Source: Bacteroidales bacterium (GTDB taxonomy: Bacteria > Bacteroidota > Bacteroidia > Bacteroidales > WCHB1-69). Taken from it: a DNA stretch of 64,000 nt. The stretch spans positions 541-64,540 of the forward strand of contig JAGCVQ010000094.1 of assembly GCA_017962275.1 (NCBI GenBank), in the 5' to 3' direction. The notes beneath the pieces are model-generated. The model made no database searches and had not been told where the DNA came from. It saw nothing but the letters and a program-made list of their open reading frames with translations. The translations under genes and the position numbers were made by a program. Positions 27,015 through 33,784 of the stretch are shown here, in pieces (within the stretch, counting starts at the first letter, position 1; every line of letters starts with the position of its first letter).

Positions 27015-28354
27015 ATCCCGTATTTTTTCAGACGATTGTACAGTGTCGGGCGACTGATATTCAACGCTTTAGCCACCAAAGTCAGGTTGCCGTTGTACTT
27101 TTTGAGCGCGTTGCGGATGACCTTCTCTTCGGCCTCCTCCAACGACTCAACCGTAGCCGTTTTTTCTTTCGTAATCAGCTCAGCATCATTGATTTGGAGA
27201 TCTTCCGGTTGGAGAATCTCGTTTTCGGAGAGGATGACGGCCTTCTCCATGCGGCTTTGCAGTTCCCGGACATTTCCCGACCAGCGACAACGTTGCAGTA
27301 ACGCTACCGCCTCGTCAGAAACGGCTGTGACATTGCGGCGGTACTTTTTGGCATAACGCTCTATGAACAAGGCGGCTAACGGCGCGATTTCGTCCGTGCG
27401 CTCACGCAAGGGCGGCAGTTGTATCGCCACCGTGTTGATACGGTAGTAGAGGTCTTCACGGAAGCGACCGTCGCGCACCATCGCGGGCAAATCCTTGTTT
27501 GTGGCGCAAATCAGCCGTATGTCGATGGGAATCTCTTTGGTGTCGCCCACTTTCGTGACGCAGCGGTTTTGCAGCACCCGCAACAGCTTGGACTGCAGAT
27601 GCAGCGGGATGTTCCCAATTTCGTCGAGGAAGAGCGTCGTGCCGTTGGCTTGCTCGAATTTGCCAGTATGGTCGGTGCGTGCGTCGGTGAAGGCGCCTTT
27701 CACATGCCCGAACAATTCGCTCTCGAACAGAGTCTCCGACAACGAACCGATATCGACGCTCACCATCGGTTTGGCTGCCCGCGACGACAGTCGGTGTATC
27801 TCGTTGGCCAACACATCCTTGCCAGTACCGTTCTCGCCGGTAATCAGGACCGTGGCATCGGTCGGGGCCACCTTCTCCACCGTGCGGCGGATAGCGGTCA
27901 TGGCGGAACTCTCGCCCCACAGCATCTCGGAATGCTCCGCAGGCGTTGCAGTCTGTTTGTCCGCTTTTCCGTGATGGCAAGCAGCCTCCAGTGTGGCCAT
28001 CAGGTGCGCATTGTCCCACGGTTTCACGATGAAGTCGAAGGCACCGCGCTTCATACCCTCCACAGCGAGCGGCACATCCGCGTAAGCCGTCATCAGAACC
28101 ACCTCAATCTCAGGGAATTGCCGTCTCAGTTCAGTCAGCCAAAAGAGTCCCTCGTTGCCGGTGTTGATGTCGGTCTCGAAGTTCATGTCGAGCAGCACCA
28201 CATCGGGGCGGAAGCTGCGCAGTGTGGAAATCAGCACTTTGGGCGTAGCAACGGTTTCCACCGCCTCGAAACGCGGCGGCAGCAGTATCTTCAGCGTGGC
28301 GCGGATGCCCGCGTTGTCATCCACGACTAATATTCTGGATTTGAGTTTGGACAT
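27011..28354 (-). CDS. Sigma-54-dependent response regulator (NtrC/Fis family bEBP)
   Basis: It has a receiver domain (VVLLDMNF), an AAA+ domain (GENGTGKDVLANEIH, GAFTDA, ESELFGH) and a C-terminal HTH (LVAKALNISRPTLYNRLKKYGI). Its stop overlaps the kinase start (ATGA). Confidence 0.9.
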   Translation of the reverse strand: MSKLKSRILVVDDNAGIRATLKILLPPRFEAVETVATPKVLISTLRSFRPDVVLLDMNFETDINTGNEGLFWLTELRRQFPEIEVVLMTAYADVPLAVEGMKRGAFDFIVKPWDNAHLMATLEAACHHGKADKQTATPAEHSEMLWGESSAMTAIRRTVEKVAPTDATVLITGENGTGKDVLANEIHRLSSRAAKPMVSVDIGSLSETLFESELFGHVKGAFTDARTDHTGKFEQANGTTLFLDEIGNIPLHLQSKLLRVLQNRCVTKVGDTKEIPIDIRLICATNKDLPAMVRDGRFREDLYYRINTVAIQLPPLRERTDEIAPLAALFIERYAKKYRRNVTAVSDEAVALLQRCRWSGNVRELQSRMEKAVILSENEILQPEDLQINDAELITKEKTATVESLEEAEEKVIRNALKKYNGNLTLVAKALNISRPTLYNRLKKYGI

Positions 28355-28398
28355 AATCTTATGATGAAAGCGTATTGAATTTTACAACGAGCATGCTG

Positions 28399-28406
28399 CA
28401 AAAATA
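28399..28406 (-). promoter_or_regulatory. -7 promoter box TATTTTTG (response regulator / kinase operon)
   Basis: It lies 44 nt upstream of ATG 28354. Confidence 0.45.
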
Positions 28407-28441
28407 CACTTTTTCCAACGAAAAAACAACTACCCAACCCG

Positions 28442-28489
28442 TTTTTCTGAACGAATATTTAGCTTTTAGCCCATTTTTCTGAACGAATA
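28442..28489 (-). promoter_or_regulatory. Two 16-bp direct repeats TATTCGTTCAGAAAAA (minus-strand sense), 32 bp apart
   Basis: The plus-strand sequence tttttctgaacgaata occurs at 28442-57 and 28474-89. Both copies are upstream of the regulator promoter box. Confidence 0.5.
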
Positions 28490-28536
28490 ATTCATATCTA
28501 TTATCACGAAATTAATTGTATTTCAACATTTTAAAA

Positions 28537-28566
28537 TGTAGAGACGCAAAATTTTGCATCTCTACA
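28537..28566. terminator. 30-bp palindrome TGTAGAGACGC-AAAATTTT-GCATCTCTACA
   Basis: It starts 4 nt after the permease stop. The single arm mismatch becomes a G-U pair in the minus-strand RNA. A T-rich run follows in that sense. Confidence 0.7.
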
Positions 28567-28569
28567 GGG

Positions 28570-30933
28570 TTATTCGTTCCGCAGCGACTTCACCGGGTTC
28601 ACCGTGGCGGCGCGCAGACTGCGTAACGTCACCACCGCAACCGTGACGGCGAGGACCGCCAGCAACGCCAAGGCGAAGACCCACCAATGCAGCGGCACAC
28701 GATAGGCGAAACCTTCCAGATAGCGGTGCATGATGACGATGCTGAGGGGCACGGCAATGACGAAGCAGACCAGCACAATCTTCACGAATCGGGCGTTGAA
28801 CATCGCCAGCACCTCCCCTTCCGTAGCCCCGTTTACCCGACGGATACCAATCTCCTTGCGACGGTGCTCCGTCTCGAACATCACCAACCCGAACACGCCC
28901 ATGAGCGAGATGACGATGGCCAAAACAGTGAACAAGGTGACCAATTTCGAGAGATTCTGCTCTTTTATGTATTGGTTCTCAATGGATTGGGAGAAAGGCC
29001 ACACCTCGTATGACATCTCCTCGCCCATGGTGGGGTCAAGGTCGTTGAGGGTTTTGGTGATGCGCTCCATCAAAGCTGGGACATCCACGCCTGCCTCAGT
29101 GCGGATAAACAATCTCATGCAAATGTGCCACGGATCTTTACCATAAACATAGAATGCAAAAGGCTCAATCCCTTGCCGCAGCGAGGCGAAATTGAAGTCC
29201 TCGCAAAAGCCCGCAATTTCGGCGATTTGGTCACCATGACCGCCAATCTGGTCTTCAAGAGTGATTTGGTACTTGTCTTTTGCGGTTTTGTTGAAGATAT
29301 ACACGCCATTAGACTGCTCATCGGCTTCGGTGAAATCACGGCCTTCGATGATGTCGATGCCCATAAAGCGCAGGAAGTTCCACGAAACAGGATAAACCTG
29401 CCAACCGGCATCTTCGCCACGCACTTTTCTACCCCAACTCATGCGGGAATCTTGGATGAAGGGACCGTCACCCCAAGCGACATCTTTGATGGCAGCATCG
29501 GCTTTCAACTTACTTTCCACTGCCTCGCGGTTCTTGGCAAGATTCCATGAAACCTGCGACTGCAACAGACATTCTTGGTCGAAGCCCATTTCATGGTTCA
29601 TCATGAAACGGCGTTGCTCGTGAACGAATATCGCACAGATTATCAACACTATAGAAATAGTGAACTGCAAGCCAATCAGACCGATGCGGAAAGCTTTTCC
29701 TTTTTGCGTGGTGCCGAAAGTGCCTTTCAAGGCGAAGACCAGATTAAACGAGGTGGCGAACAAGGCGGGATAAATACTGGCAGCTACGGAGATGAGCAAT
29801 GCCAAGCCGATAGTCAAAGCAACGACGCCACCATTCTGTCCGAAATCAAGTGAAGTGTCAATCAATGAAGCCAATGTAGATTGTTTGAAGAGGATAACCA
29901 CACCTACAGCAAGTGCCAAAGATATAGCCACCATCAGCACCGATTCGCCCACCGACGACATCACCAACTGGAAACGACTGCTACCCAGTATCTTGCGCGT
30001 GTTGATGCTGCGCAGACGAAGGGGCAACATGGCGAAGAAAAAGTTGATGTAGTTGATGAAGGCGATGACCACCACGAAAATGGCGATGACGAGCAGGGTC
30101 ATCGTTGTGGTTTTGTTGCCCGCTTTACCAGGGGCAAAATACGAATTGCTGTCGAAGTACATATCGGTCAATCGCACAGGGTAAAGTCCAAACTTGACAT
30201 CCTCGTCAGTGGCCTCTTTTCCTGTCATTTCACTGAAAAAACGTCTGGTCACAGGCTTTGCCACTTCGACAATCGCATTGGGATCTGCACCTTTGCGAAG
30301 TTTCAGAAAATAGTTGAACGAGAACTCGCTCCATTCATTGATGCAATTATCGCCAAAATCGGCCAACATTTCAAAAGAAGAAAGGTCGCTGTGCTTCGGC
30401 ATATCTTTATAGATGACCACGATGGATATTTCCCGCCACGCTGAGCCATCATAATACTTTATTATATCACCCACTTGGACACCCAAACGTTTTGCCGCCG
30501 ATTCCGAGAGAGCAAAGCCCGTGCCTGTCAAATCGTCCCAATTGCCAGTCACGAGTTCGAAACCGAAAACATCACGTGCGCCCTTGTTCATGGCAGCTAT
30601 TGAGATGGACACAGGTGATTGTCCATCGCTTACACGAACTGTGATGGGATTGCCTATGATTTTACCACAGCCACCAGCTTCGATATCAGGGGAAGAGTTG
30701 ACAACATACTCCCCCATGGGTCGGCAGAGGTAAGAGGAATATTCGCTTTGGTTGATTTCCTTCTGGGTAAGGACATAGATCCGGTCGCTGTCCTTGAGTG
30801 CCTTGTTGTAGGACAGGTCGTGATGCACCTGCACGAGGATGATGTACAGGGCGGCGAAGGCGGCCGTCAGTCCGAGGATGTTGAGGATTGACGACACCAT
30901 GGTGGTTTTGCCTTTTTTGAATATGCGTGACAT
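28570..30933 (-). CDS. ABC transporter permease, MacB/FtsX-like (two FtsX domains)
   Basis: It is 787 aa with an N-terminal TM helix, a large periplasmic domain, two four-TM blocks and a C-terminal NPVKSLRNE. Confidence 0.8.
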   Translation of the reverse strand: MSRIFKKGKTTMVSSILNILGLTAAFAALYIILVQVHHDLSYNKALKDSDRIYVLTQKEINQSEYSSYLCRPMGEYVVNSSPDIEAGGCGKIIGNPITVRVSDGQSPVSISIAAMNKGARDVFGFELVTGNWDDLTGTGFALSESAAKRLGVQVGDIIKYYDGSAWREISIVVIYKDMPKHSDLSSFEMLADFGDNCINEWSEFSFNYFLKLRKGADPNAIVEVAKPVTRRFFSEMTGKEATDEDVKFGLYPVRLTDMYFDSNSYFAPGKAGNKTTTMTLLVIAIFVVVIAFINYINFFFAMLPLRLRSINTRKILGSSRFQLVMSSVGESVLMVAISLALAVGVVILFKQSTLASLIDTSLDFGQNGGVVALTIGLALLISVAASIYPALFATSFNLVFALKGTFGTTQKGKAFRIGLIGLQFTISIVLIICAIFVHEQRRFMMNHEMGFDQECLLQSQVSWNLAKNREAVESKLKADAAIKDVAWGDGPFIQDSRMSWGRKVRGEDAGWQVYPVSWNFLRFMGIDIIEGRDFTEADEQSNGVYIFNKTAKDKYQITLEDQIGGHGDQIAEIAGFCEDFNFASLRQGIEPFAFYVYGKDPWHICMRLFIRTEAGVDVPALMERITKTLNDLDPTMGEEMSYEVWPFSQSIENQYIKEQNLSKLVTLFTVLAIVISLMGVFGLVMFETEHRRKEIGIRRVNGATEGEVLAMFNARFVKIVLVCFVIAVPLSIVIMHRYLEGFAYRVPLHWWVFALALLAVLAVTVAVVTLRSLRAATVNPVKSLRNE

Positions 30934-30979
30934 GATACTATTTGTTTTTAGTTGTTATTCAGATTTTCAGTTTTTTTCT

Positions 30980-30987
30980 TACTTTTG
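30980..30987 (+). promoter_or_regulatory. -7 promoter box TACTTTTG (two-gene cassette)
   Basis: It lies 15 nt before ATG 31003. Confidence 0.45.
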
Positions 30988-31002
30988 CAAAAACATTTGG
31001 AC

Positions 31003-31341
31003 ATGCAGATTCTTCAAGAGAAAATATCAAGAGAACAGCTTAAAGAGTTGGCTGCCAACACCTTCATTGACATGATTAAATGTGTAGCGGATGTCAACCA
31101 AGGCCTTCTGGCTGTCGATGCCGAGCTCCATGCCGATTTGGAATCCATGTTGCTTGAAAACGGTTCGGAGCTGGAAAATCTTTGGGGATTCAATCTGTAT
31201 CCAGAAGAAACAGGGGATGACTTCATCGAATTTGACTCCTTAATCAATATCCGTTCTTGGCAAGGCAACCGCAGCCGTGATGTTGAGAATCCAGAAGTCA
31301 GGGAACAAATAAAATCCATCGTTTCAAAATTCGTTGAATAA
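31003..31341 (+). CDS. Small conserved protein of unknown function. From memory it resembles the DUF5674 family; this is unverified.
   Basis: It is 112 aa and carries ELHADLESMLLENGSELENLWGFNLYPEE and FDSLINIRSWQGNRSRDVENPEVREQI. Its GC content is visibly lower than the neighbouring genes. Confidence 0.45.
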   Translation: MQILQEKISREQLKELAANTFIDMIKCVADVNQGLLAVDAELHADLESMLLENGSELENLWGFNLYPEETGDDFIEFDSLINIRSWQGNRSRDVENPEVREQIKSIVSKFVE

Positions 31342-31670
31342 TGCAGCACGAGACACTCAGGAACGGAGCATGGGCTGAGATGACACTGGCCCAACAGATG
31401 GCAAATATCGGCAGTGAAAGTTACCGTGCTACGAAATGGCTTACAAAAGGTCGTGGTGACATGGCTGAAAAGGCCTTTGAGCGGATGCAAGAACTGACAG
31501 ACCTCACCATTGCGTACGGTCGCCGAGGTGCCCCGAACCGCAAGGCTCTCCTCAAAGAAATATGCCGCTTCAGAGAACTCTTTTGCGCAGCGTTCCTCGC
31601 CGCCAATCTGGACGAGCTCGCCTCCCTCAATCTCTATCTGGATAATTTTGCACATATAACAAACCGATAA
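31341..31670 (+). CDS. Hypothetical helical protein, translationally coupled to the previous gene
   Basis: It is 109 aa. The TAATG overlap is at 31339-43. I do not recognise a family. Confidence 0.35.
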   Translation: MQHETLRNGAWAEMTLAQQMANIGSESYRATKWLTKGRGDMAEKAFERMQELTDLTIAYGRRGAPNRKALLKEICRFRELFCAAFLAANLDELASLNLYLDNFAHITNR

Positions 31671-31684
31671 TTCCATTTTCGCAC

Positions 31685-31714
31685 TGTAGAGACGCGATTA
31701 ATCGCGTCTCTACA
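31685..31714. terminator. 30-bp perfect palindrome TGTAGAGACGC-GATTAATC-GCGTCTCTACA
   Basis: It lies between the convergent stops at 31670 and 31727. Confidence 0.65.
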
Positions 31715-31726
31715 AAGGAATAAGGA

Positions 31727-32407
31727 TTACAATTCCGGTAACACGTCCTCCACCACCCTGCCGTCGAACAGGTTGATGATGCGGTCGGCGTAGCCGGCGT
31801 CGCGCTGGGAGTGGGTGACCATCACGATGGTGGTGCCCTCTTTGTGGAGCTCGGTGAGCAGGTCCATCACCTCCTTGCCGTTCTTGGAGTCGAGGTTGCC
31901 GGTGGGCTCGTCGGCGAGAATCAGCTTGGGATTGGCGACAACGGCGCGGGCGATGGCGACACGCTGCTGCTGACCGCCCGAGAGTTGCTGCGGAAAATGC
32001 TTGGCACGGTGCGTGATGGCCATCCGCTTCATCATGGCCGTGACCCGCTCCTTGCGCTCGGTAGCACTGATTTTCATGTACTTGAGCGGTAACTCAATGT
32101 TCTCATAGACGTTCAGCTCGTCGATGAGGTTGAAGCTCTGGAATACGAAGCCGATGTTGCCCTTGCGGAATTTGGTGCGCTCACGCTCCTTCAGCTTTCC
32201 CACCTCCTGACCGAGCAGCTCGTAGGTGCCGCCCGTGGGGTTGTCCAACAGCCCGAGGATGTTGAGCAGCGTGGATTTGCCGCAGCCCGAAGGGCCCATC
32301 ACGGCGACGAACTCGCCAGTTTGAATTTCGAATGAGACACCATCCAACGCGAGGGTCTCGATTTCTTCCGTGCGGAAGATTTTTGATAGGTTTTGTACTT
32401 TGATCAT
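31727..32407 (-). CDS. ABC transporter ATP-binding protein (MacB/LolD type)
   Basis: It has Walker [13 protein letters not shown], the signature [14 protein letters not shown] and Walker [13 protein letters not shown]. Confidence 0.9.
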   Translation of the reverse strand: MIKVQNLSKIFRTEEIETLALDGVSFEIQTGEFVAVMGPSGCGKSTLLNILGLLDNPTGGTYELLGQEVGKLKERERTKFRKGNIGFVFQSFNLIDELNVYENIELPLKYMKISATERKERVTAMMKRMAITHRAKHFPQQLSGGQQQRVAIARAVVANPKLILADEPTGNLDSKNGKEVMDLLTELHKEGTTIVMVTHSQRDAGYADRIINLFDGRVVEDVLPEL

Positions 32408-32436
32408 ATTTAAGGAATTTTTGATGTTTCTATACG

Positions 32437-32510
32437 CCCCACACTGCGCTGCGCTTGTGTGGGGTTAATTGCACTTCGTGCGTTTTGTCCCTCCGGGACT
32501 GCTTAAGGAA
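32437..32510 (+). repeat. REP-A three-hairpin element, copy 2
   Basis: The hairpins are CCCCACAC...GTGTGGGG, GCAC-TTC-GTGC and GTCCC-TCC-GGGAC. It lies 29 nt upstream of the ATPase start. Confidence 0.8.
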
Positions 32511-32531
32511 AAAAGTATCCTCAATAAAGCA

Positions 32532-32547
32532 AACATTTTCCGTGCCA
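32532..32547 (-). promoter_or_regulatory. Degenerate sigma-54-like element TGGCACGGAAAATGTT
   Basis: The -24 TGGCAC is perfect. The -12 position reads TGT instead of TGC, and a TTGC lies 4 nt out of register. The flank matches the tolC-upstream element (TTGGCACGG). Confidence 0.25.
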
Positions 32548-32599
32548 AAAGCGTAAACGGTTGATTTTCAAATTTCTATATAGAACGTAAAAAGGGGAG

Positions 32600-32638
32600 T
32601 GTAAAGTATTCTTACAAGTTGTGTAAATAACCTTTACA
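32600..32638. promoter_or_regulatory. Two TGTAA-N7-TTACA dyads, 22 bp centre to centre
   Basis: The dyads are at 32600-32616 and 32622-32638. They start 53 nt from the GTGCCA hexamer. The geometry matches 39243-39281. Confidence 0.5.
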
Positions 32639-32685
32639 GGCGACTTCATCCTTATTATCACAAAAACGATGTGCGATAACAATGG

Positions 32686-32693
32686 CAAAGATA
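32686..32693 (-). promoter_or_regulatory. -7 promoter box TATCTTTG pointing toward the ABC ATPase gene
   Basis: The reverse complement of CAAAGATA matches the box. It lies 278 nt upstream of ATG 32407. Confidence 0.35.
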
Positions 32694-32806
32694 CTATTTT
32701 CGGGGCATGTCCTCACCCTTTCGTGAAAACAAGTTTTTTGGCGCAATCTTGTTGTTATCTTATCAACAAAAAAATTATAATGTTCTTGATATTAAACAAA
32801 AAAGTG

Positions 32807-32814
32807 TATTTTTG
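32807..32814 (+). promoter_or_regulatory. -7 promoter box TATTTTTG (hipB)
   Basis: It lies 24 nt before ATG 32839. Confidence 0.45.
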
Positions 32815-32838
32815 CGCAAAATTTTGAACATTATAAAA

Positions 32839-33156
32839 ATGAAACGACCTTTATTACCAAAACAGGAAAGAATGTTGCGAGGCATGGGAGATAACCTCCG
32901 CCTGGCTCGATTGCGCCGTGACCTAAGTTCGGAACAGGTAGCTGAACGCGCCGGCATTTCACGAAACACCCTGATCAAAATCGAGAAAGGGGATGAAGGG
33001 GTTGCCATCGGCATGTATTTCCGTGTGCTCATAGTGCTTGGATTGCAGGATGACCTATCGCTCATCGCCCGCGACGATGTGTTAGGCCGCAAACTTCAAG
33101 ACATTGGTCTGACTACCCCACGCCGCGCCACCAAACGACCACCCCTAAATAACTGA
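32839..33156 (+). CDS. hipB: XRE-family HTH regulator, HipB-like antitoxin
   Basis: It carries LRLARLRRDLSSEQVAERAGISRNTLIKIEKG and sits immediately upstream of a hipA remnant. The track start at 32707 lies upstream of the promoter box. Confidence 0.7.
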   Translation: MKRPLLPKQERMLRGMGDNLRLARLRRDLSSEQVAERAGISRNTLIKIEKGDEGVAIGMYFRVLIVLGLQDDLSLIARDDVLGRKLQDIGLTTPRRATKRPPLNN

Positions 33157-33160
33157 CACC

Positions 33161-33758
33161 ATGGACAAAACAATCTATGTATATTTCGACGACTCCTATT
33201 CCAAAGCCCCCACTTTGATAGGAATGCTTTCGGCGCAGCAAGTGCGCGGTCGCGAAGAGATTTGACAGGGCCGAACAGGGCAAGCGAATTCATTTCACCT
33301 CGGCGATGACCATGCTTGGATACTCCGATGGAAACACTGAAGGCTGCAGTTATTTAGAGTTATTTGAATGGATTGCTAACAATTGCTGTGAAGTTGAGAA
33401 AAACCTTGCCGAGATGTGGCTACGCATCGTTTTCAACATTGCCGTGTCAAACTGTGACGACCATTTACGCAATCACGGGTTTTTGCTTACGCCAAATGGT
33501 TGGACGCTTTCGCCCGCCTACGACCTCAATCCGCTGGAGTACGGTACCGGATTAAATCTTAATATTAATGAATATGAGAACGCTCTTGATTTCTCACTTG
33601 CCATTGAGGTTGCCCAATATGCTGGAATCACAAAAGATGAAGCGAACAAAATCGTGCAACACACGAAGGAAACAGTTTCCCAATGGCACCGTATAGCAAC
33701 TTCATATCAAATTCCTCGCGAAGAGCAAGAGATGATGTCAGCGGCGTTTAAAGTTTAA
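33161..33758 (+). pseudogene. hipA: HipA-family kinase toxin with an internal deletion and frameshift
   Basis: The N-terminal 34 codons (MDKTIYVYFDDSYSKAPTLIGMLSAQQVRGREEI) end at TGA 33263-65. A different frame then continues as ...RFDRAEQGKRIHFTSAMTMLGYSDG...NCDDHLRNHGFLL (the catalytic loop). The total is about 0.6 kb, compared with roughly 1.2-1.3 kb expected. Confidence 0.7.
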
Positions 33759-33784
33759 TGTTAGACTCTTCTCTGAACAAAAAA

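Noticed and set aside
32408-32436. TTCCTTAA occurs both at the distal end of REP-A copy 2 and next to the ATPase start codon, which could be a target-site duplication of a MITE.
   Set aside because: None of the other five copies shows a flanking duplication, so this is probably coincidence.
33096-33293. A 65-aa minus-strand ORF across the hipB/hipA junction.
   Set aside because: It is antisense to the recognisable hipB end and hipA N-terminus, its translation is Arg-rich and low in complexity, and it has no promoter box.
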